From positions 46,376,001-46,440,000 of the forward strand of contig NW_026262690.1 in assembly GCF_021869535.1 (NCBI RefSeq): DNA of 64,000 nucleotides. The letters are read 5' to 3'. The position numbers and the translations under genes are program-made. This DNA comes from Mytilus californianus (taxonomy: Eukaryota). The notes under the pieces are model-generated. The model was not told the DNA's origin and made no database searches. It saw only the letters and a list, made by a program, of their open reading frames with translations. Numbering within the stretch: position 1 is the stretch's first letter; every line of letters begins with the position of its first letter. Of this stretch, positions 1-11,126 are shown piece after piece.

Positions 1-1404
1 TTCATTGTTTATTAGATGATTTTAAGTCCAAGCCTATCATCCCTAAATCATAACGTTTGGTAACTTTTTATATGGTACAAGAATATTTCCCAACAGAGTT
101 GCTGTTTAAAAAATATATGAGAAAAAAAAATAATTTCTGATGGTTACTGGTACTAGACCAGTATTGAAATGTTACTGTAACACGTAACCGTTATTTTTTG
201 GATGCAAAACCGTTTTCAAATTATATTTTTGATTGTTGTAAACCTTGTTATTCAGATATAAGTTATATTGTATTTCTGTTGCCTATAGTATTTGCTTCAT
301 ATTAATAAACCTGGAAAAAAAAAAACATTTTGTGTCAAACTATTTTGTGTCCTTCACCTAGCCTTAAATATCCTGTTATGACTCATTTTATATGCCCATT
401 AACTATACATGTACAATGGTATTGCATCAATTCCCATTGGGGCATGACTTGCTGCTTTATTAGAGTAAGCGTCTCCTACTATGCATGCATCACCTGTCAT
501 GCAAAACCACACTCAGTCAAAATGTCACATTAAAGTTAGGACACTAAAGGTTTACAGATTATGCTAGTGTCTAAAGATCTAATACTGCCAAAACATGTTT
601 CTTTTGAGTTGAGAGACTTGACAAATCATTTCAGCCAACCAAATTGTGATGATGACTGTGAATCTTATCTTATTTAGACTGATTTGTTTGTGGGTAAGTC
701 CTCTTTCTCACTGTTGGCTATATTGTGGTGCCCAGTTTTTATTGATGTAGAAAACCAGAGTGCCAAAAGAGAACCTTCAGCAGGTAAACTGGCACTCCTA
801 GGCTAGTGATAAAGAGTAGATGAACTACTTAGACCACTTAGCCACCAAGGCCTGTCTCTTCTGAAGATTTACAGTCACCATTAGGATCTTGCACTGTGAC
901 TTCAACCTTGGCTACTATTTTGGCAAATTCAATGCTTAACACAACATTATTCTATAAATATTGATATTTCATTGACGTTGTCGTTGTCTGAAGTCATATG
1001 GTTTCCAGACAATAACTTGAGTATAAGTCTATGGATCTCTATGAAATGGTATCGCAAGGTTCCATACCACAAAAGGACGGTTGGGATTGATTTTGGGGGT
1101 TATTGTTCTAACTGTTTAGGAATTGGGGGCAAAAAACAAGCATTGTTCTTCTTTCAGGACAATAATTTGTGCATAAGTGTATGGATCTCTACGAAATTGT
1201 ACCACAAGGTTCCATACCGAAAAAGGAAGGTTGGGATTGATTTTGGGGGTTATGGCCCGAACTGTTTAGGAAAAAAGGGCAAAAAGCAATACTTTTCTAA
1301 TACTTTATAAATTGCTTATTTCTTGACCAATTTCAATGGGGTATAATTCAAAGTCTTGAATTTTTGTGGTTCTTCAATATGCTGAATCTTGCTGTATATT
1401 TAGA

Positions 1405-3350
1405 TTTTTATACGACCGCAAAAAAATTTTTGTGGTCGTATATTGGTATGACGTTGGCGTCGTCGTCGTCGTCGTCGTCCGGCGTCGTCCGAAGACACAT
1501 TGGTTTTCGCACTCTAACTTTAGTTTAAGTGAATGGATCTTTATGAAATTTTACCACAAGGTTCAATACCACAAAAGGAAGGTTGGGATTGATTTTGGGG
1601 GTTATGGTAATAACAGTAAAGGAATTAGGGGCCAAAAATAAGCATTTTTGTAACTTCCAGACATAACTTGTGTGTTAGTGTATGGATCTCTCTGACATTG
1701 TACCACAAGGTTCCATATCACTAAAGGAATGCTGGGATTGATTTTGGGGGTAATTGCCTCAAAATTTTAGGAATTAGGGGCCAAAAAAGGGGCAAAAAAC
1801 AAGCATTTTTCTAGTTTCATGACAATAACTTGTGTGTAAGTGTATGGATCTTTCTGAAATTGTACTACAAGGTTCCATATCATAAAGGGAAAGCTGGGTT
1901 TGAGTTTGGGGGTATTTGCCCTAAACGTTTAGGAATTTGGGGCCAAAAAGGGTCCAAAAAACACATTGTTTTCTAGTTTCCAGACAATAACTTGTGTTCA
2001 AGTGTATGGATCTCTCTGAAATTGTACTGCAAGGTACCATACCACAAAGGGAAGGCTGGGATTGAGTTTGGGGGTGATGAATCATAATGGGGGTTCAAAA
2101 AATTTTGGGGGGGGATTTATTTGTTTTCTCTTTTTTTTTCTTTTTTTCCTTTTTTGTTTCTTTTAAAATTTTCCATTTTAAGTTGGTTATTTCTGATTTA
2201 TATTTAAAATCAAATAATAATGATATGGTAGGAGATACACACCAAACAGGATGTGTAAATTATTATATAATAAGTATTGTGCAATAGCAAGAAATTTTCA
2301 ATTGCACAGTATTGCACAATAGCAAGAAATCTTCAATTGCACAGTATTGCGCAATAGCAAGAAATCTTCAATTGCACAGTATTGCGCAATAGCAAGAAAT
2401 ATCCAATAGCACAATATTGCGCAATAGCAAGAAATTGTCAATTGTACAGTATTGCGCAATAGCAAGAAATATTTAATAGCACAGGATTGTGCAAAAGAAG
2501 ATACTTCCTATAAATTGCTTATTTCTTGACCAATTTCAATGGGGTTTTATTCTTGATTTCATGGGGTTCTTTAATATGCTGAATCTAACCGTGTATTTAG
2601 TTTTTGGATTTTGGGCCCCGTTTTTAAATTGGTCCACATTGAGGTCCAAAGGGTCCAAAATTAAACTTTGTTTGATTTCATCAAAAATTGAATTATTGGG
2701 GTTCTTTGATATGCCGAATCTAACTGTGTATTTAGATTCTTAAATTTTGGTTCCGTTTTCAAATTGGTCTACATTAAGGTCCAAAGGGTCCAAAATTAAA
2801 CTTAGTTTGATTTTAACAAAAATTGAATTCTTAGGGTTCTTTGATATGCTGAATCTAAACATGTATTTAGATTTTTGATTATGGGCCCAGTTTTCAAGTT
2901 GGTCCAAATCGGGGTCCAAAATTAAACTTTGTTTGATTTCAACAAAAATTGAATATATGGGGTTCTTTGATATGCTGAATCTAACCATGTATTTAGATTT
3001 TTGATTTTTGGGCCCCGTTATCAACTTTGTCCACATTGAGGTCAAAAGGGTCCAAAATTAAACTTTGTTTGTTTCATCAAAAATTGAATTCTTGGGGTTC
3101 TTTGATATGCTGAATCTAACCATGTATTTAGATTTTGGATATTGGACCATAATAGGTGAATGTCCAATTTAAAATTTTTAAGTTCTTAGACCACATTCAA
3201 TCTGTGTTAGAAACCTATGCTGTGTCAAATATTTAATCACAATCCAAATCCAAAGCTGTATCAAGCTTGAATGTTGTGTCCATACTTCCCCCAACTGTTC
3301 AGGGTTCGACCTCTGCGGTCGTATCAAGCTGCGCCCTGCGGAGCATTTTA
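1405..3350 (+). mobile_element. Helentron-associated non-autonomous element (HINE/DINE-1 type), inner copy
   Basis: 5' hairpin TATACGACCGC..GTGGTCGTATA (1409-1442), (GTC)n microsatellite, two internal tandem arrays, 3' subTIR TGCGGTCGTAT (3314-3324) plus short terminal hairpin, T-rich flanks. Confidence 0.8.
2276..2495. repeat. 35-bp tandem repeat, about 6 copies (attgcgcaatagcaagaaatcttcaattgcacagt), inside the HINE
   Basis: Units start at 2276, 2311, 2346, 2381, 2416 and 2451. Confidence 0.9.
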
Positions 3351-6300
3351 TTTATTTTGGAGCCTGTTATCAATTTGGTCCACTTAAAGGTCCAAAGGGT
3401 CTAACATTAAACTTTGTTTGATTTCAACAAAACTTGAATTGAATTCTTGGGGTTCTTTGATATGCTGAATCTAACCGTGTATTTAGATTTTGGATATTGG
3501 ACCATAATAGGTAAAGTCCAATTATCAAATTTTTTAGTTCTTTGACCACATTTATTCTGTCTTAGAAACCTGTGCTGTATCAAATATTTCATCAATTCAA
3601 ATTCACAGCTGTATCAAGTTTAAATGTAGTGTCCATACTTGCCCCAACTGTTCATGATTGAACCTCTGCAGTTGTATCAAGCTGTGCCCCGCGGAGCATT
3701 TTATAATAATTTCAATGCATACACAGTTAAAAAAAAATTCTGTTTCATGCATTTACGTTATTGCAAAATAGTGGAAAATAACCCTGATTAAAAATTCCAC
3801 ATTTACAGCATTGTTTTAGTAGCATCAATGCATTTCTGTTGCAAGACTTTAGAACCCTGATATCTCTACTCGCTATAAGTATTTCTGTTAGATTATTGAT
3901 ATTTAGAATGGCATTGTGGCAGCAGAAAGTCGGAAAGTATCTAATTTGTGATTGTAAGAGGTAAGTGAGGTCCAGCCCTGTTCTATTGCAATACTTCGTG
4001 TTGGGAGTTGGTTTGTCTACCTGCCTGTCATCATCTTTTATATGAATATAAAGAGATGTAGGATAAACTTTATTGTGATTGCAACATACCAATGTTATCA
4101 ACTTCATTGATATACAAAACTCCATAAAATTTGTCAAGCTCACAGTCCAAACAAGATTATCGATGATTTCAAAAGAGACAATAAAAAAACTTGGCAGATG
4201 TAAAGTATAGAAGGCTCTGTAAAAAAAAAACAAAGTAGCTTTGTTGCAAGTCTTTCCCCATTAAATTGAATTTGTGCATGGTTCTCACTAAGGATTTTTG
4301 TCCAGGGTGAGTCAGAAGCTCGGTAGTGAAACAATTATGATGATGATTCCAGGCTGATAATGATTTGTGACAACATATTTCACTGTTAAAGGGAAGGTGA
4401 TTAGGATATAACATAATAAAAGATTATCCTTTTGTACTGGTCATTACATTCACTTCATTGGAACTTGTGTGGATAGTTATATCATTGGCAATCATACCAC
4501 ATCTCCTTATTTTTGTATTAGTATAGATACAAGGCAGCAATGTTGCCACATACCGGATAGGTTACTTGTTTAGAGTTTTTATGTGCAGTGATGTTGAAAT
4601 CGGGTTATAATTTGTTAAATGCCCTCAGTGTCCTGGCACCAACATTTCAGTTTTCAGTTAAATTCTATTGGGTCATAATGAATATCTTGGCTTGATTATG
4701 CCCTAAGGGAAGAGGAAGATCCCTATTGATTGTAGGGCCAATAGGTCAAGGTCACAGCAGATTTTGAATGCTAAATTTTGGTTTTCACACCATATATAAT
4801 GTCAAAATTTTATCAAAGCTGATATGGTAATGCCCCGATGAGATGACAAACACTCCTTTTTAGATTTTTAGGTCCACGGTTACATCAGCAATCGATACCC
4901 AACAGAGTGGATTTGAATGTCATCTCTGGAACCTTTGTCCGACTTGCGCTGTTATTTAGCTGGAGAACGCCACTAGGATGATTGATTGATTGTTGTTTTC
5001 TTAACGTCCAGTGGCAAATATATCATGTATGTTCAGGACGAGAGAAATACAATAGGTAAGTCCTGTAGTAGGGGGCGTCCATGATGAAGGTCGGGGATTT
5101 TGGACTGCAAGGGTATATTGGATAGGGACCGAAATTTTGCCTTGCAACAGGCTACCTACAGACTTGACTGCCTATATATACATCACCTTCACAGCCAGAT
5201 GGGTGCCTTATTTGGCAAGGTTTTTACATCTGGACGGAAGAAGACCAAAAGTGACCATATTTCTATTCCCCAGTCACTCTTAGGGTTTCGCCACTCGAAA
5301 AGAAGACAACCTTGATTTTTTAGCGCATTAGGTCAAAGTTTAAGGTCACAGTACCTATAAATACACTGAAAGTTTCAACAATTTTGTTTTGTGACAATAT
5401 CTTTTTACCAATAGATCAGGTCTTTTAGTATCTTTGGTGGAAAGTACACTTTGAGGTGACACATTACGTCTTTTTGTTTTAGGTCAAGCTTGCAGCATCA
5501 ATTAATGTTGTTTTTTTTTTTATTCCGACATAAATTGTCAGCAGACTTTACAGTCTTCATTGTACTCGACACATAAATCTGTTTCTCCTACAACAGACCC
5601 ATAAAGAACACACCTCAGCTTAAGCACCCATGGTATTTCTGTAACTTAAATAAAATTAATCAGGCGAGTTACTGTTGTTAATCCAATGAGCTTATAAGAC
5701 GGTACCTGTCTTGTATATACTAGTCTACAGCTGTGAACTTCGTTTGTTTGTTCCCATTAGAATACTGTAGTTTTCCAAGCGGCAAAACTTTGTTTATATC
5801 AGGAGCTTTCTCAATGGACGGTACTAATTTTATAAATCAGTTTCTAGTATCAACCGAGAGAAAATATGTTAGAAAATATATCGAAGAATGTTCACTTCAC
5901 TTAGTGCACATATTTTAAGATTTTGAAGATTTTTTTCAGGGGGTAAATCTTTGTCCTTTTTCAACAGCATTCTCAATGCTATCAGCTTTTACGATTTTGT
6001 CTGTATTGGCCATGATCTCCAAGTAGACCGTAGTTTTTGCTTGTTCGAGTTAGCTTATGTAAGTAGAAATTAGTCTATGTCACTATTCATGACTAGCATT
6101 CAATCAGAGAATATCAAATATTGCGTCCAAGGGATAGACAAGCTATAGAATGGAATCACAATTTTCGCACAAAAATTTTTTTTTTTTGTAATTTGTTTAT
6201 TTTTGACATAAAGACAGAAAACAATCAAGCAGGATTACACACATGTACAGTTTTAAGTATGGTATTAAAGGTATTATTATATTACTTCAACTCTAAATAG

Positions 6301-7299
6301 CAAGACATAAAACAAAATATAACTATAATTTCGTACCAGTTATGTAATATTAAAAAGATTTTCAAGTTTGCTTTTGATTTGAAATGATTGACAGGAAATG
6401 AATAAATGATGATGTTGAAACACATTTATAGAAAATATGTAATTGCGTGTAGATTATTTCAAAATGCCAATTAAAAGCACTGTTGGATTTGTAAATAGAA
6501 AAGTGAATACAGCTACCATGTGAATTTATCTTTAAGGATTGACCATTTTAATTATTACTTGGGAGTATACACCATTTTGTCTAAGTGTTTAATTTACGAG
6601 TTCCTAATCCTATTGCAATTCCTAGTTTCTGCAAACCGGATGTATAGTACAAGTCACATGTTGGAGAATTAAATGTGTTTTCGCGTTACTTATATAAATT
6701 CAGCACCAGTAAGAGCTCGACACGCGACTTTGAATTCATTAAGGTATATTGATTCTAGTGTTTCTTATTTTGTTAATTGTTGTGTTACTGTCCTATTTAC
6801 TTTTACCCAACATATTTTTTTATATAAATTGGTTCTTTTGAGAGCATCGTCGGGTATATACTTCATATATATCATGATTGTCAGTATATGAGAGGTCTGT
6901 TGTGTTATTTACTCTCAAGACTTTGAATTTATGTAGACCACCTCTGTCGTGAGTAGTTAGTCATAAAAATTTAAATCCTTCAAAACCAAATTAATTTTAA
7001 TCCTGATGACGTATACAGTTTTTTCCTCTTTTTAAAATACAAAAACTATTGAAATAAGTTTCCAAGTATATCAAATTATCAAATTATGTAAATGAAGCAA
7101 TAAGTTGTCATAGCAAAAAAAACTTGTCAAGAAGACAACTCTGTATAAAAATAAGATATAGTATGTTGCCAATGAGACATCTATTCACCAAAGACCAAAT
7201 GAATGTATGCTTGCAAATAGATAAAGGACAACTCTGTATTAAAAAAAAATGGCATCCAGGGAGGTGACAATACTGGGTAGTATTGTGGCTAACTTTAGA

Positions 7300-8020
7300 A
7301 GTCCTACGTATGCTGAGTCTACCAAAAGACGAATCAAATGTATTTAAAACTTATATTGAACTCTGTAGAAAAATGAACATTGCTTTTGTATACCGGAGCC
7401 CTGTGAACTTAGCCAGATATATAACTTATTTTCCTGCTAGACAACTGTTTAACACCATAAATAATTTCTTGTCAATTGTCCGTTTGTTACATTTAGAAAC
7501 AGGGGTTGCATCCCCTTTAAATTTATGTTATGGGGTCTGTACTCAAGGGTGCTAAGCGTGTATTGGGATAAACAGTGCATAAAAGTTGCCGTTCACCAAA
7601 GATTTAAAATGAAATATTCACCTTGTTGTCACTGAGCAGTAAGGACTTGTGTTTTTGAGCAGCCTGCTTAGTTGCCTTCTTTTCCTTTTTTAAGGGAGTC
7701 AAATTTGTTCGCTCCTTCACTTTCAGGTTTTGATCCTTTGCAGCATTCAAATCAGGAAGATATCCGTTTTCATTCCGATGTTGTCCGATTCAAAATAAAG
7801 AAAACTTAAACCATTCAATTTGAAGAGCTTGTGTTAGAAAAGAGTGAGCAACTCTCATTTATGTCCATCAGACTGAGCTATCTTTCTTGATATAAAGCAG
7901 ACTCTAGCCACCCCCCCCTCACCTATTTTTCCTGCATTTGGTATACGACAAGGTTACTCCTCTTACCTATGCCGTTTTTGTAAATGCTTTTAAGCATTAC
8001 TTGGCCATTCTATACGGTTT
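7300..8020 (+). pseudogene. Decayed tyrosine recombinase of a DIRS/Ngaro-type retrotransposon
   Basis: With frameshifts and stops the frames read YAESTKR; KTYIELCRK...LARYITYF...INNFLSIVRLLHLETG; VLKGAKRVLG...KLPFT; DLCF*AACLVAFFSF/LRESNL; FDPLQH...DIRF...*TIQFEELVL; LCP; PLTYAVFVNAFKHYL. This matches the motif order of DIRS-type YR ORFs. Confidence 0.8.
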
Positions 8021-9623
8021 CATATTAACTCATAATTTCCATCCTATGAGTGAGAAAGGGAAATTTCTGGGTGAGATTGTAATTAAGCCCGATTGGCTTT
8101 TTCATTTGAATTGATAGTTATCTATAAGTCACCAGAGAAAAGTCTCAAATAAAAGAAATACAGAAATAGCAGCTTGAATGAATGATATCAACATCGGTAG
8201 GTATCTTACCCCCTTGTTTTATTAATTTTGTATTTACATTTTGTCATAGATCAAATTTATTCCATCAGTGTATGTTCACTTGTTTTTATTAATATGTCTT
8301 TTGATTGATTCAAGCCATTTCAATTGATATTTTATAGTGTGTCTTTCTATGTTGTGATGTTACACTATTGTTTCAGGCAGGGTGAAGGTTGGCGCCTATC
8401 TAAACGTTTAAACCCGCTGCATTTGTTTGCACCTGTCCTAAGTCAGAAACCTGATGTTCAGTGGTTGTCGTTTGTTGATGTGGTTCATAAGTGTTTCTCG
8501 TTTCTCGTTTTCTATATAGATTAGACCGTTGGTTTTCCTGTTTGAACGGTTTTACACTAGTCATTTCTGGTGCCCTTTATAGCTTGCTGTTCAGTGTGAG
8601 CCAAGGCTCCGTGTTGAAGGCCGTACTTTGACCTATAATGGTTTACTTTTACAAATTCTGACTTGGATGGAGAGTTGTCTCATTGGCACTCATACCACAT
8701 CTTCTTATCTATGTTAATATGATAAACAACTCCTGCACCGAAAAAGGCGAAGAGTAAAAGAAAATGTTTCCTCATTTTCGTATTGTGAATTTTTCTTGTT
8801 CTCGAGCAACATGCCCCGTTTTCTTCAATTTCTGCAGTAATTCGTTAAATTGAAATCAAATGTTTTTTTAAAGTCCATAAGCATAGCAGCAAGATATTCA
8901 GGGCTTATTGATTTCAATCTAATTACACTGTCAACTGAAAAAGTTCAACTGACATCCAAATGCGGATCAAAATACGACCAAAAAATGATTGAAGATGTTA
9001 GAATATTTGACTAACTTGAAAGTCAGAATATTCGCGTGCTCTAATAAGAGAGATCTATATTTCAATTAGATTGATCAATAGCAATACCTTGATCTGAAAG
9101 ATTTTCAAACATATTTAAATATTCAGTCAGGACAAGTAATGAGACATATCAGCGTGTACATTCTTGTTTGTACTGTACTTGTTTTATAATAAGGAGCTTG
9201 GACATGATATATTGTATACTATTCCCAGTAAGGAGTAATAACATATAACACTAATGACTTATTACAGTCGAAATACTTTAGTCCTAATTACAGCCCCTTT
9301 TCTCGGAATATTTAATGAAAATAACAATGGTTTTTTTTCGCAGCTGTGCACATTTTATTTTATTTATGGAGCAGTCAAATTGGTTTTAAGATTCTCCTAA
9401 AGAGTTTCACAGTCTTTTACAATCTAATTAAAATTAAATCTCCGCACTTGCTCCGGGAGTCATACACATCCAATCTGCATTCCCTATCCGATTATATCCC
9501 GAGTCATGATCCTGGAAGACAGAAACGACTCAATCTTAACATTTATGACCCGAAAGACTCTTTATTGCTCCATTATTCCTCGTAAGGTTAATTTTGTTTT
9601 ACCAGAGACATATACTACAATCA

Positions 9624-9857
9624 TTGATTGATTGTTGGTGTTTAACGCCACTTTCAGCACTGTTGGCTATATCGTGGCGGTCAGTTTTTATTGGTGGAGA
9701 GACTGTGACCATCAACCTTCGGCAGGAAAACTGACAACCCTAGTAAGTTAATATTTGAGTCGAACGCACCTGCCATGGGGTTCGAACTCACAACCTCAGT
9801 GTTGACAGACAAGTGATACAGTAGATGAACTACTTAGACCACTCGGCACCGAGGCCC
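9624..9857 (-). mobile_element. tRNA-derived SINE (family 1); a degraded copy lies at about 703-852
   Basis: Minus strand begins with a tRNA-like head (A-box-like GCCGAGTGG, B-box GTTCGAACCC) and ends in an (AATC)n tail. Confidence 0.75.
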
Positions 9858-10254
9858 TTATAATACAATTGATCTGGTTTTGCAATATACAACAATGTAG
9901 TTTCGAAGAAAAACGTGAAGTAGCCAATATTTTCATTCAGCTCGTTAATATCCCTAAAGTTTTAACAGTGCGATTGCCTCAATGTATGCCACCAAGGCAT
10001 GAAATGCATATTCACAGGGTTTTCTGTTCCTGAAGAGCTTGAAAACATCTCGTCTGGCTTTGTAGTTTAAATGACGGATCACTATGAAATCAGAATCGCA
10101 ATTAATCACTATATTTGTGTTGAAAATCAGTGAATGTTTTGACAAACTTTATCTCTGGTGTAAAAGTATTAAGTGACGACTATATTAGGAATGTCGTCAT
10201 AAAAGATCGTGACAGTATAGTATATCTGGGACTTTTATTGTATAATAGTCAAAG

Positions 10255-10510
10255 CCCACTGTAAAAGAGAGGCGAAAGATACCAAAAGAATATTCAAACT
10301 CATATGGCATATGGCGAAAACAAGCTGACAATTCCATGGCAAAAAAAAAAAGAAAAATAACAAAAAACAAACAACAGTAAATAAAACACAACTAAGAAAA
10401 ATAAAGACTGATTAACACGAACCCCACCAAAGCCGTGGGTGATCTCAGGTGCTCTGGAAGGGTAAACAGATCATGCTCCACATGTGGCACCCGTCGTGTT
10501 GCTCATGTAA
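10255..10510. repeat. Interspersed repeat (gaagataccaaa...acacgaaccc...gtgctccggaagggta family); related fragments at about 42500-42680, 45330-45450, 51660-51800, 55300-55470 and 58370-58450
   Basis: Recurrent homologous blocks in both orientations. Confidence 0.6.
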
Positions 10511-10942
10511 TTAAAAAAACCCGGTTTAACTTTTAATATAAAGATCAATAATAAAAGCGCGGTTAGTTTTCTTGGATTTTTTTAAGTTTATGTATAGGAA
10601 TTTTGTGTCTTGAAGTACAGACCTTCCTTTTCAATAACATTGATGAAGTGTGTCTCTCATGTTGTGTGCAGTACGAGTTCCCATTATTTAAGGTGCATGC
10701 TCTCACATTTTTACAGTTATGGCTGGTTTATTCTTGACATAAGTTATCTCTTGTGTTTATAGTTTATTATACAAATATATAAAAACAACATGAATGTGAA
10801 ACAAAGGAAATGTAAAAAAAAAACGTACTAAAACATATATATATAGGAAAAAATTCATACATGTAATTGTTTAGCTATCACTGAGATTATTTGTATGATT
10901 TAGCACCCTTTAGTCTATTTACAGCAGACATCAACTAGGTTG

Positions 10943-11126
10943 TCATCGCGGACTCCAGTCGGATGAACGATTTTGTCTGTAAAGATTTGTATAAGATGGA
11001 GGATCACTTATGGTTGAAATTGGTGAGTGAACACTGGCTCGAATGTCACTTGGTGAAGCTGTACTTCTACTGAGTAGGGACCTGTCTGAACTAGTTGATG
11101 ATGGTCTTGATCGGGGTCCACGAACT
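10943..11126 (-). CDS. Gene B terminal exon: Ser/Arg/Pro-rich tail ...[20 protein letters not shown]
   Basis: tttttattcag acceptor, phase 2, 60 codons then TGA. Confidence 0.85.

Larger units (their letters stand above)
965..3702 (+). mobile_element. Older outer copy of the same HINE family, split by the inner copy (965-1404 and 3351-3702)
   Basis: Same internal repeats and a degraded 3' end (ctctgcagttgtatcaagctgtgccccgcggagcattt); the repeat unit is continuous across the insertion. Confidence 0.7.

Noticed and set aside
972-3595. ORFs 972-1310, 1366-1641, 2489-2743, 2740-3045 and 3407-3595
   Set aside because: They are translations of HINE internal tandem repeats.
3745-4414. 162-aa minus-strand ORF and overlapping ORFs
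   Set aside because: There is no recognisable domain, the composition is typical of AT-rich non-coding DNA, and there is no coherent splice context.
5733-6050. Possible decayed coding sequence on the minus strand (LEQAKTTVYLEIMANTDKIVKAD...)
   Set aside because: It is short, interrupted and matches no family I can name.
7620-7790. K-rich minus-strand exon-like frame ending AAG|gtgaat
   Set aside because: It lacks an AG acceptor and is simply the antisense of the recombinase relic.
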